The notes below the pieces were generated by a model. The model saw only the letters and a program-made list of their open reading frames with translations. It was not told where the DNA came from and ran no database searches. The translations under genes and the position numbers were made by a program. From Longimicrobiales bacterium (GTDB taxonomy: Bacteria > Gemmatimonadota > Gemmatimonadetes > Longimicrobiales > Gaopeijiaceae), in contig CBDBCF010000002.1 of NCBI GenBank assembly GCA_965202985.1, forward strand, positions 320,001 through 384,000: a DNA stretch of 64,000 bases. The letters run 5' to 3'. Of the stretch, positions 18,066-27,266 are shown in pieces; the stretch's first letter is position 1; the number at the start of each line of letters is the position of its first letter.

Positions 18066-18572
18066 GTGGCGAATGCGGCGAGGCCGACGGGGTTGGACGA
18101 CCTGCCGGGAAGCGCCCGGATATGGATCTTCGGCGCCGGCCGACGCCTCGACCGTAGCGAGACCGTCAAGCTGCTGGGCGCCGTGGACGGGTTCCTGGCG
18201 GGGTGGCGGGCGCACGGGGTTCCGTTGCGCGCCGCGCGGGACTGGCGCTACGACCGCTTCCTGTTGGTGGGGGTGGACCCGGGGGCCGCGCCGCCGACCG
18301 GTTGCTCGGTGGACGCCCTGGTCGGCGTGCTCCGGGACCTGGAGCGCGAGATCGGCGCCCGCTTCCTGGGGAACGACGCCGTGTGGTACCGAGACGCGCA
18401 AGGGTCGGTGCGGAGCGCGTCCCGGGCGGAATTCGGCGCCTTGGCGCGAGAGGGGCGGGTGACGCCCGATTCGGTCGTCTTCGACAACTCCGTCACCGAG
18501 TTGGCGGAGCTGCGGGACGGCCGCTGGGAAGGTCCGGCCAGGGAGCGCTGGCACGCCGCGTTCTTTCGGTAG
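18066..18572 (+). CDS. Conserved hypothetical protein (LP..ARIWIF...W.AHG.PL...GCS.D family)
   Basis: Motifs recalled from an FCB-group conserved hypothetical family; start may be TTG 18057 or GTG 18066. Confidence 0.7.
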   Translation: MANAARPTGLDDLPGSARIWIFGAGRRLDRSETVKLLGAVDGFLAGWRAHGVPLRAARDWRYDRFLLVGVDPGAAPPTGCSVDALVGVLRDLEREIGARFLGNDAVWYRDAQGSVRSASRAEFGALAREGRVTPDSVVFDNSVTELAELRDGRWEGPARERWHAAFFR

Positions 18573-18609
18573 GCCGCCCAAGGCGTCCGGGCCCAAGACA
18601 TCTGGCAGG

Positions 18610-18645
18610 AAACGCAAAGAGGGCCGGCGGAACTTCCACCGGCCC
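18610..18645 (-). terminator. Rho-independent terminator of the cold-shock gene
   Basis: Minus strand GGGCCGGTGGA-AGT-TCCGCCGGCCC followed by TCTTTGCGTTT; the G-U pair forms only on the minus strand. Confidence 0.7.
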
Positions 18646-18716
18646 CCTTGTCGGTTTGGCGAATGCGCGAAGCCGCGGTCTCGATCAGCGGCGGGGTTGC
18701 GCGTGCGCGTCGGGCG

Positions 18717-18935
18717 TCAGGCCATGGCCTCGACCCGTGTGACGTTCTCCGCGGCCGGTCCCTTCGGGCCGTCCACCAGGTCGAACTCGACGTGGTCGCC
18801 TTCGGCCAAGCTCCGGAAACCTTCTCCCGAGATCGCCGAGTAGTGGACGAAACAGTCCCGTTCGCCGGCTTCCGGGCTGATGAACCCGAACCCCTTCGCG
18901 TCGTTGAACCACTTCACGGTTCCCGTGGTCCGCAT
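18717..18935 (-). CDS. cspA: Cold-shock protein (CspA family)
   Basis: [16 protein letters not shown] (RNP1), DCFVHYSAI (RNP2), [19 protein letters not shown]. Confidence 0.96.
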   Translation of the reverse strand: MRTTGTVKWFNDAKGFGFISPEAGERDCFVHYSAISGEGFRSLAEGDHVEFDLVDGPKGPAAENVTRVEAMA

Positions 18936-19051
18936 CCTCTGCTCCTTCATGCTGCGTGTTGTCGTTCTCCGGCCCCTGCCGCTTGCCGAGGCCGTCCGAC
19001 GGCTCGCTCCGAACATGCGCCCGGTTCGACGCCACCGATTGGTTGCCTGCA

Positions 19052-19080
19052 ACGCTAGCGCTTTCGAGCAGGCGGGTCAA
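19052..19080 (-). promoter_or_regulatory. Sigma70-type promoter of the csp gene, TTGACC-17-TAGCGT
   Basis: Read directly on the minus strand; gives a 5' UTR of about 110 nt. Confidence 0.65.
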
Positions 19081-19206
19081 CTGCTGCGTGGAGTCGGAAC
19101 GGGACGCCGCATCGGGGCCGCCCCTCGGCTCTTTGGGGACGGCTTCGTTCCGATTAGGTTCTTGCGCATCGGATGCATGGGGGGATGTGCGCACGGGACG
19201 GGGAGC

Positions 19207-20718
19207 ATGGGCATACACGGAGGAGGGGGGCGGCGCCGGAGGCCGCGCCTTGTCGCAACGACCGCTGTTGCGGGCATTCTGGCTTGCGGACTGGGGCCGC
19301 CTCGCGTAGAGGCGCAGCAGACTCGGATCGCCCCGGGTTTCGGCGACGAGCCCGTGCGTCTCGGCACGGCAATCGCCGCCTCCTTGGAGCGGAACCGCGA
19401 CATACTGGACGCCACGTACCAGCTGGCCGTGGCTCGGGGCCAAGTCTCGGAGGCGTGGAGTTCCTTCTACCCCACCATCGACCTGACCAGTTCCTTCACG
19501 CGCAACGTGGCGCCCCAAGTCAGCTTCCTGCCGGCGCAGATCTTCGACCCGACCGCCACCGAGGGCGACTTCATTCCCGTGCAGTTCGGGGCCGACAACC
19601 TCTGGAACCTGAGCGTGAACGCCGAGCAGTCCCTCTTCCGACCGGCCGTCTTCGCCGGTGTCGGGGCGGCCGCCCACTACCGGGGGCTCCAGCGGGAAGC
19701 TCTTCGAGGGCGGACCCAGCAGGCCGTGACGCGGGTTCGGATCGCGTTCTACGAGATGCTGCTCGCCCAAGAAGACGTGCGCTTGACCGAGAACTCCCTT
19801 CGGCGAGTCGGAGTCGCCTTGAAGGAGACGCGCGCCATGCAGGAAGCGGGCCTGGCCCAGACCTACGACGTTCTGCGGCTGGAGGTGGAGCTGGCCAACT
19901 TGGAGCCGAACCTGGGGCGGGCGCGGCAACGCCGCACGGCTGCCCGTCGCACTCTTGCCTCCGAACTGGACATGGACCCGGAGGCGGAGTTCGACGTGGC
20001 GGGTTCCCTTGCCGAAATGGACCTGGACGACATCGGCGCCAACTTGCCGGCGAACCGGGAGATCCTGGAGTTCGCGGGCGCGGCGACGGAGGTGGGCGTG
20101 GACGTGTCGGCCGTGGTCGCCCGAAGCACCGCCGACCGGTCCGACCTGCGGCAGCTCGAGATCACCGAGGACCTGCGGCAGGCCGAACTCCGGATCGAAC
20201 AGGCGGGCTACCTGCCCAGCATCTTCGCGTTCGGCACCTACGGCTTGGCCGCCCAGCAGAACGGCCCGCCGGACTTCTTCGGCACCAGCGCGCAACGAGG
20301 CTCCACCAAGCAGATAGGCCTGCGCGTCAGCTTCCCCATCTTCTCGGGCTTCAGCCGCGACGCACGGATCGACCAGAAGCGGGCGGTGCTGCGTCAGGCG
20401 GAGGTGCAGACTCGGATGGCGCTGGACCGCGCCGAAGTGGAGCTGCGCAACTTGGCGGACCAGGTGCAGGAGGCGCGGGCGCGGGCGTCCGGCCAGCGTC
20501 TCGCGGTGTCCCAGGCGCGGCGCGGGTACGAGATCGCCAGCGCCCAGTACGCCGAGGGGCTGAACAGCCAGCTGGAACGGACCGACGCGGAAGTGGCCTT
20601 GCGCGCGAGCGAATTCAACTATGCGCAGGCCGTGTACGATTTTCTTGTCGCCGGGGCGCGCTTGGACCAAGCGGCCGGGCGGGTTCCCATGGTGGACGTG
20701 GAAGGCGGAAGACGATGA
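19207..20718 (+). CDS. TolC family outer-membrane efflux protein
   Basis: Helical repeats, QAGYLPSI, GLRVSFPIFSG, YAEGLNSQLE; first gene of the RND operon. Confidence 0.9.
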   Translation: MGIHGGGGRRRRPRLVATTAVAGILACGLGPPRVEAQQTRIAPGFGDEPVRLGTAIAASLERNRDILDATYQLAVARGQVSEAWSSFYPTIDLTSSFTRNVAPQVSFLPAQIFDPTATEGDFIPVQFGADNLWNLSVNAEQSLFRPAVFAGVGAAAHYRGLQREALRGRTQQAVTRVRIAFYEMLLAQEDVRLTENSLRRVGVALKETRAMQEAGLAQTYDVLRLEVELANLEPNLGRARQRRTAARRTLASELDMDPEAEFDVAGSLAEMDLDDIGANLPANREILEFAGAATEVGVDVSAVVARSTADRSDLRQLEITEDLRQAELRIEQAGYLPSIFAFGTYGLAAQQNGPPDFFGTSAQRGSTKQIGLRVSFPIFSGFSRDARIDQKRAVLRQAEVQTRMALDRAEVELRNLADQVQEARARASGQRLAVSQARRGYEIASAQYAEGLNSQLERTDAEVALRASEFNYAQAVYDFLVAGARLDQAAGRVPMVDVEGGRR

Positions 20719-21836
20719 TCACGCGAAATAGAAGGGGCGCCGGGGCGGCGGTTTTCGCCACGCTCCTTGGAGGCGCCGCGTCGGCGGGATGCGGCGGCGG
20801 GGCCGAGGCCGGCTCTTCGGCAGCGGCCGGCGGCGAAGAGCGGACGCAGGCGTTTGCCCGCGTTGTGAACGTGGAGGTGGCGGAAGTGCGGTCTCGGACG
20901 TTCGAGCGCGCCGTTCGGCTGACCGGCGTGGTTCAGGCCATGCGCGACGTCTTGGTGTCCGCCGAGGAAGCGGGCGTCGTGCGGCGGATCGTGCGGGACA
21001 AGGGGCGGACCGTGCGTCGAGGCCAAGCGATCCTTCGGCTGGACGACGCGATCCTGTCCGCCCAGCTCCGGACGGCGTCCGCCCAGGCGGAACTGGCCCA
21101 GGAGGTCTGGGAACGGCGGAAGCGGCTCTACGAAGAAGACGAGATCGGCTCCGAAATCAGCTATCTGGAAGCCAAGTCCAACGCCGAGCAGACGCAGGCC
21201 AACTTGGCCGCCCTGCGCGAGCGCATGGACCGCACCGTCGTGGTCGCGCCGATCGGCGGCGTTCTGGACGAAAGGCTGGTCGAGGTGGGCGCTCGCGTGT
21301 CGCCCGGCTCGCCCGTGGCTCGGATCGTGCAGGTGGACTCGGTGAAGGTGCTGGCCGGGGTGCCCGAGCGCTACGCCCTGGACGTGACGGTGGGGGCCCG
21401 CGCAACGGTCGCCTTCGACGTGCTCGAGGCCGAGAGCTTCCAAGGAGAGATCGCCTACGTGGGCGCCACGGTGGACCCAGACAGCCGCACCTTCGCCGTC
21501 GAGCTGCTGCTTGAGAACCCGGGGGGCCGGATCAAGCCCGAGATGATCGCCGAGATCACGATCGTGCGCGCCGAGATCGACGCCGCCATCGTGGTGCCGC
21601 AGCAAGCCCTCGTGGCCGCCGAGGAGGGCTACGTGGCCTTCGTGGTCGAGGGCGCCGGCGACGAGGCCGAAGCGGTGGCCCGGCGCGTGGAGGTGCTGGC
21701 GGGGCAGGGCAACGAGGCCGTCGTCGGGTCGGGGCTGGTCGAGGGCGACCGTCTCGTCGTGGTCGGTCAGCAGGGCCTGACGGCCGGGGACCGCGTGCGC
21801 GTCGTGGCGGGCGACGGCGCGGGCGGCGCCACGTGA
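20715..21836 (+). CDS. Efflux RND periplasmic adaptor subunit (lipoprotein)
   Basis: ATGA overlap; SAGC lipobox, VVVAPIGGV, VDPDSRTFAVE, IKPEM, SGLVEGDRLVVVG. Confidence 0.92.
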   Translation: MITRNRRGAGAAVFATLLGGAASAGCGGGAEAGSSAAAGGEERTQAFARVVNVEVAEVRSRTFERAVRLTGVVQAMRDVLVSAEEAGVVRRIVRDKGRTVRRGQAILRLDDAILSAQLRTASAQAELAQEVWERRKRLYEEDEIGSEISYLEAKSNAEQTQANLAALRERMDRTVVVAPIGGVLDERLVEVGARVSPGSPVARIVQVDSVKVLAGVPERYALDVTVGARATVAFDVLEAESFQGEIAYVGATVDPDSRTFAVELLLENPGGRIKPEMIAEITIVRAEIDAAIVVPQQALVAAEEGYVAFVVEGAGDEAEAVARRVEVLAGQGNEAVVGSGLVEGDRLVVVGQQGLTAGDRVRVVAGDGAGGAT

Positions 21837-24800
21837 GCGGTCGCGACGACGCCCCCGGCAAGGGCCGCGGGTTCAAGGAGTTCCCCGTCACGTCGTTCGC
21901 GGTCGAACACTCCACCTCCGTGATCGTCCTGTTTCTGTTCGTGACGATCGCCGGCCTGCTCAGCTACCGCTCGATCCCGAAGGAATCCTTCCCCGAGGCC
22001 GAGATCCCCAACATCGTCGTCAACACGATCTACCCCGGCGTGTCTCCGGCCGACGTGGAGAGCTTGGTCACCCGGAAGATCGAGGAAGAGCTGACCACGA
22101 TCTCGGACATCAAGGAACTCACGTCCACGTCCGTCGAGGGCTACTCGTCGGTGGCGGCCGAGTTCGAGTCCGACGTGAACATGGACGAGGCGTTGCAGAA
22201 GGTCCGCGAGAAGGTGGACTTGGCGCGCCCCGAGCTGCCTGCGGACGCCGAGGACCCGTCGATCTTCGAGTTCTCAATGGCCGACATCCCGGTCATGCAG
22301 GTGAACTTGGCCGGCGGCTACGGGCTGGTGCGGCTCAAAGAGCTCGGCGAGGACCTGCAGGACCGGATCGAGTCGATCCCGGCCGTGCTGCGCGTGGCCC
22401 TGCGGGGCGGCCTGGAGCGCGAGGTCAAGGTCGACGTGGACTTGGCCAAGCTCAAGTACTACGACGTGTCGTTCAACGACGTGCTGGACGCGATTCGACT
22501 GGAGAACGTCAACGTCCCCGGCGGCTCGATCGACGTGAACGGCCTGAAGTACCTGGTGCGCGTGGACGGCGAGTTCTCGGACCCGTCGCTGATCCGCGAC
22601 TTGGTGGTCAAGACCGCGGCCGGACGGCCGGTGTACGTGCGCGACGTGGCGGACGTGGAGTTCGGGTTCGCCGAGCGCGAGACCTACGCCCGCCTGGGCG
22701 ACGAGCCGGTGGTGACGCTGGACGTGGTGAAGCGCTCCGGCGAGAACATCATCGCCACGGCCGAAGCCGTTCGCGCCGAAGTGGAGGCGATGCGGCCCCT
22801 GTTCCCGCCCTCCACGGTGGTGTCGATCACCTCGGACCAGTCCGAGGACATCAGCGAGATGGTCAAGAGCCTCCAGAACAACATCATCTCGGGGCTGGTG
22901 CTCATCGTGGGCGTGCTCCTCTTCGTGCTGGGCCTGCGCACGTCGATCTTCGTGGCCGTGTCGATCCCCACGTCGATGCTCCTGTCGTTCGTGATCCTGG
23001 GCCTGATGGGCGTGTCGATGAACATGGTGGTGCTGTTCTCGCTGATCCTGGCCCTGGGAATGCTGGTGGACAACGCCATCGTCGTGGTGGAGAACATCTA
23101 CCGCTTCGTCGAGGAGGGATGGGACCGCAAGACCGCGGCCAAGAAGGCCACGGGCGAGGTGGCGGTGCCCGTGATCGCCGCCACGGCCACGACGCTGGCG
23201 GCCTTCGCGCCGCTGCTCTTTTGGCCGGGCATGGCGGGCGAGTTCATGAAGTACTTGCCGATGACGCTCATCGTCACGCTCTCGAGTTCGCTCTTCGTGG
23301 CGCTGGTCATCGTTCCCACGCTGTGCTCGATCTTCGTCCGGCCCGAAAGCGCTGCGCCCCGACGCATGCGCCGTCGCGCGCTGGTTGCTCTCGCGATCGC
23401 ATCCGTCTTCGCGCTGCTGTTGATCGGCCGGCTGGTCAGCCCCCTGACCGCGGTGCTGCTGTCGGCGGCGGCGGCTGGGCTGTGGTTCGTCCACGCCAAG
23501 CTGCTCGACCGCATGGGCAAGGCTTTCATGGCCCGCGGCATGCCGCGCGTGGTCCGATGGTACGAGCGTCGCCTCGTCTGGTCGCTCAACCATCGCTTCC
23601 TAATCCTGCTCGGTTCGCTCTTGGCCCTCGTGGGCTCGTTCGTGACCTACTTCAGGTTGGCGCCGCCCGTCGAGTACTTCCCGGAAGACATTCCCCCGGC
23701 CAACGTGTTCGTCGCCATCGAGTCGCCCACGGGCACCTCGGCGCGGGTAACCAACGAGTACGCCCTGCGGTTGAAGCGCGAACTGGAAGGGATCGAGGGG
23801 GTCGGCGACGCCGAATCCGTCGTGACCACGGTGGGCGCCACGGGCGGCGGCAACTTCATGGAGGGAGGAGGGGGACCGTCCGGCCCCGAGGCGGGGCGGA
23901 TCAACCTCAGCATGGTGGACTACCAGGACCGGCGGTTCGACGTGTTCGCCACGTTGCAGGCCATGCAGGAGAGGGTGGGCGCCGACTTGGCCGGGGCCGA
24001 GGTTCGGGTCGACAAGGTCACCGAGGGCCCGGCGGCCGGGCCGCCCGTGAACATCGAGATCGTGGGCGAAGACCCGGAGCGGCTGCGAACGCTGGCCAAC
24101 CGCGCGATCGACCTGATCGAGGCCTCGTCCGTCTATCCGCGCCTGGTCGGGCTGGAGAGCGACATGAACGACGCGCGGCCCGAGTTGCGCGTGGACGTGG
24201 ACCGGGAGAAGGCCGGCCTCTACGGGCTTTCCACCAACGAGGTCGGCTTTGCGGTGCGGACCGCGATCAACGGGATCGAAGCCGCCAAGTACCGGACGGG
24301 CAACGACGAGTACGACATCATGGTGCGCCTGCGGGAAGAGGACCGGAGCGACCTGTCCGCGCTGGGCGACCTGACGGTGGTCGCCGACGGACAGCAGGTG
24401 CCGCTCCTGTCGGTGGCGAAGTGGGCGGTGGACGAAGGCTACGGGTCGATCCAACGGAAGGACATGGACCGGGTGGCCACGATCAGCGCGGAAGTGGCGG
24501 CGGGGTTCAACAGCAACGCCGTGCGCAACCAGGTGGAGCAGGTGCTGGCGGGGTTCTCGGACGGGCTGCCGCCGGGGTACGCGATGAGGTTCACGGGCGA
24601 GCAGGAAGAGCAGCAGGAGGCCATGTCGTTTCTCATGACCGCCTTCATGGCGGCGCTCATGCTGATCGCCCTGATCCTGGTTTCGCAGTTCAACTCGGTC
24701 GTCAAGCCGATCATCATCCTGTCGTCGGTGATCATGTCCACCGTGGGCGTGCTGGTGGGGCTGCTCGTCTTCCGGATGCCCTTCGTGATCATCATGACGG

Positions 24801-25330
24801 GAGTGGGGGTCATCTCGCTGGCCGGGATCGTCGTGAACAACGCCATCGTGCTCATCGACTACATCGACGTGCTTCGCAAGCGAGACGGCATGGGCCGTCG
24901 CGAGGCGCTGGTGCAGGGAGGCAAGACGCGACTGCGGCCCGTGCTGCTCACGGCCTTCACCACCGCCTTGGGGCTGATCCCCCTGGCGATCGGCTTGAAC
25001 TTCGACTTCTTCGGCTTGTTCGCCAGCTTGTCTCCGGAGTTCTACTGGGGAGGCGAACAGGCCGCGTGGTGGGGTCCCATGGCCGTGGCGGTGATCGTGG
25101 GGATCGTCTTCGCCACCTTCCTGACCCTGGTCCTGGTGCCCGTGCTGTACAGCTTGGTGGACGACATGGTCGTGTACTTCAAGCGACACTACTCCCGTCA
25201 AGAAGAGGTCGTGCGGCCGTTGATCGACACCGACCCGCAGCCGTCCGAGATCGGCTTTCCCGCAGTACCTCCGCCGCTGGCGCCCTCGCCCAGCCCCGAA
25301 GTCGCCGCATCCGCATCCGCAAGGAGCTGA
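21833..25330 (+). CDS. Efflux RND permease subunit (AcrB/AcrD/AcrF family)
   Basis: YPGVSPADVE, GMLVDNAIVVVENI, GIVVNNAIVLID, RLRPVLLTA. Confidence 0.95.
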   Translation: MSGRDDAPGKGRGFKEFPVTSFAVEHSTSVIVLFLFVTIAGLLSYRSIPKESFPEAEIPNIVVNTIYPGVSPADVESLVTRKIEEELTTISDIKELTSTSVEGYSSVAAEFESDVNMDEALQKVREKVDLARPELPADAEDPSIFEFSMADIPVMQVNLAGGYGLVRLKELGEDLQDRIESIPAVLRVALRGGLEREVKVDVDLAKLKYYDVSFNDVLDAIRLENVNVPGGSIDVNGLKYLVRVDGEFSDPSLIRDLVVKTAAGRPVYVRDVADVEFGFAERETYARLGDEPVVTLDVVKRSGENIIATAEAVRAEVEAMRPLFPPSTVVSITSDQSEDISEMVKSLQNNIISGLVLIVGVLLFVLGLRTSIFVAVSIPTSMLLSFVILGLMGVSMNMVVLFSLILALGMLVDNAIVVVENIYRFVEEGWDRKTAAKKATGEVAVPVIAATATTLAAFAPLLFWPGMAGEFMKYLPMTLIVTLSSSLFVALVIVPTLCSIFVRPESAAPRRMRRRALVALAIASVFALLLIGRLVSPLTAVLLSAAAAGLWFVHAKLLDRMGKAFMARGMPRVVRWYERRLVWSLNHRFLILLGSLLALVGSFVTYFRLAPPVEYFPEDIPPANVFVAIESPTGTSARVTNEYALRLKRELEGIEGVGDAESVVTTVGATGGGNFMEGGGGPSGPEAGRINLSMVDYQDRRFDVFATLQAMQERVGADLAGAEVRVDKVTEGPAAGPPVNIEIVGEDPERLRTLANRAIDLIEASSVYPRLVGLESDMNDARPELRVDVDREKAGLYGLSTNEVGFAVRTAINGIEAAKYRTGNDEYDIMVRLREEDRSDLSALGDLTVVADGQQVPLLSVAKWAVDEGYGSIQRKDMDRVATISAEVAAGFNSNAVRNQVEQVLAGFSDGLPPGYAMRFTGEQEEQQEAMSFLMTAFMAALMLIALILVSQFNSVVKPIIILSSVIMSTVGVLVGLLVFRMPFVIIMTGVGVISLAGIVVNNAIVLIDYIDVLRKRDGMGRREALVQGGKTRLRPVLLTAFTTALGLIPLAIGLNFDFFGLFASLSPEFYWGGEQAAWWGPMAVAVIVGIVFATFLTLVLVPVLYSLVDDMVVYFKRHYSRQEEVVRPLIDTDPQPSEIGFPAVPPPLAPSPSPEVAASASARS

Positions 25331-25337
25331 CCCCCTC

Positions 25338-27212
25338 GTGATACCTCGATCCGTTTCCGCGCCTCGACGCGCGGCCATGTCCACGCAGCCGGCGGTTGCC
25401 TCCGCGCTCGTCGCCGCCGCCGTGCCCGCAACCCCCGTGCCCGGCGCCCCCGCGCCTGCCGTCCCTTGGCAACGGCGCGCTGCCGCTCCATGGCGCTCCG
25501 TGCCGGCGCTCTTGCTGGCGGCGTTCCTGCCCGGCGCCTGCGCCCCGGACGCGGGCCCGTCCGAACTCCGAGTCGCCCAGGACACGGTGCGGGCCGACGG
25601 CGCGATGGTCGTGTCGGCCTACCCTGACGCCAGCGCGATCGGCGCCCAGGTGCTTCGCGACGGCGGGAACGCCGTGGACGCCGCGATCGCGACCGGATTC
25701 GCGCTGGCCGTGACGCACCCCGCGGCGGGGAACATCGGCGGCGGCGGCTTCATGGTGATCCGCTTTCCCGACGGCCGGACCACGGCGTTCGACTTCCGCG
25801 AGAAGGCGCCCCTGGCGGCGCATCCCGAGATGTTCGTGGACGAGGACGACGAGTACTCCTTCCAGCTTCATCACCGAAGCCACCTTGCCGTGGGCGTGCC
25901 CGGGACCGTGGCAGGCTTTGCGCTGGCCCACGAGAGCTACGGCAGCGGCGAGTGGGGGCGGCTGGTCGAGCCGGCGGCGGCCCTGGCCCGAGACGGCTTC
26001 GAGGTCAGCGAGCGACTCGCGGTCTCGTTGGAACGCATGTTGCCCGCGTTCCAGGACTATCCCGCGACGCACGCCCAGTTCTCGAAGGACGGGGAGCCGT
26101 TCGTGCCCGGCGACACGCTCGTGCAGGCCGACTTGGCGGCCACGCTGGAGCGCGTTCGCGACCAGGGCCGAGACGGCTTCTACGCGGGCGCCACGGCGCG
26201 CCTCTTGGCCGAGGAGATGGAGCGCGGCGGCGGCTGGATCACCGAAGAAGACCTGGCGCGCTACCAGGCGGTGGAGCGCGAGCCCGTGACGGGGAGCTAC
26301 CGCGGCTTCGACGTGATCAGCATGCCGCCGCCGTCGTCGGGAGGCACGGCGCTGGTGGAGATGCTCAACCTGCTGGAGGGGTACGACTTGGCGGCTATGG
26401 GGCACAACAGTCCCCAGTACGCGCACCACTTGGTCGAGGCCATGCGCATGGCGTTCCGGGACCGTGCGGCGTTTCTGGCCGATCCCGACTTCGCGGAGGT
26501 GCCGGTGGATCGCTTGACCAGCAAGGCGTACGCCGACCAGCTGCGGGCGGGCATCGCGCCGGCCGCGGCAGGAGCGTCCAGTCCGGATGACGTGAAGGCG
26601 GCGGCCGCCGCCCTGGCGCCCGAGAGCATGGAGACGACCCACTACTCGGTCGTGGACGCCGACGGAATGGCCGTGTCGGTGACCTACACGCTTGAGGGCG
26701 GCTACGGTTCGTTCATCACCGTGCCGGGGGCCGGCTTCCTGCTGAACAACGAGATGGGCGACTTCAACGCTCGGCCCGGCCTGACCGACGAACGAGGCCT
26801 GATCGGCACGGACGCCAACTTGGCCCGCCCCGAGCAACGGATGCTGTCCTCGATGACGCCCACGATCTTGGCTCGGGACGGCGAGCTCGTGGCCGTGATC
26901 GGGAGCCCGGGGGGCCGCACCATCATCAACACGGTCCTCCAGATCGTCTTGAATCGGGTGGAGTTCGGCCAGTCGCCCGCCGACGCGGTGGCCTCGCGGC
27001 GGCTGCACCACCAGTGGCTGCCCGACGAGGCCCGCCTGGAGGAGGGGTACATGTCCGCCGAAGACGCGGCGACGTTCGCGGCGATGGGACACGCGGTCGA
27101 GTGGCGCGCGCGCCAGGGGATCGCGCACTGCATCTTCGTGGACGCGGACGCGAGGGCGCTGATCGGGGTGCCCGACCCGCGGGACTCGGACGGGACGGCG
27201 GCGGGCTACTGA
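25338..27212 (+). CDS. ggt: Gamma-glutamyltransferase
   Basis: GGNAVDAA, GNIGGGGF, DFREKAP, nucleophile ETTHYS, SSMTP, GSPGG. Start uncertain (25338 or 25377). Confidence 0.93.
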   Translation: MIPRSVSAPRRAAMSTQPAVASALVAAAVPATPVPGAPAPAVPWQRRAAAPWRSVPALLLAAFLPGACAPDAGPSELRVAQDTVRADGAMVVSAYPDASAIGAQVLRDGGNAVDAAIATGFALAVTHPAAGNIGGGGFMVIRFPDGRTTAFDFREKAPLAAHPEMFVDEDDEYSFQLHHRSHLAVGVPGTVAGFALAHESYGSGEWGRLVEPAAALARDGFEVSERLAVSLERMLPAFQDYPATHAQFSKDGEPFVPGDTLVQADLAATLERVRDQGRDGFYAGATARLLAEEMERGGGWITEEDLARYQAVEREPVTGSYRGFDVISMPPPSSGGTALVEMLNLLEGYDLAAMGHNSPQYAHHLVEAMRMAFRDRAAFLADPDFAEVPVDRLTSKAYADQLRAGIAPAAAGASSPDDVKAAAAALAPESMETTHYSVVDADGMAVSVTYTLEGGYGSFITVPGAGFLLNNEMGDFNARPGLTDERGLIGTDANLARPEQRMLSSMTPTILARDGELVAVIGSPGGRTIINTVLQIVLNRVEFGQSPADAVASRRLHHQWLPDEARLEEGYMSAEDAATFAAMGHAVEWRARQGIAHCIFVDADARALIGVPDPRDSDGTAAGY

Positions 27213-27266
27213 CGGGCCGTCGCGCCGGCTCGGCGGAATGCCGACGCCTGCCGAACAGCGTCGCCG

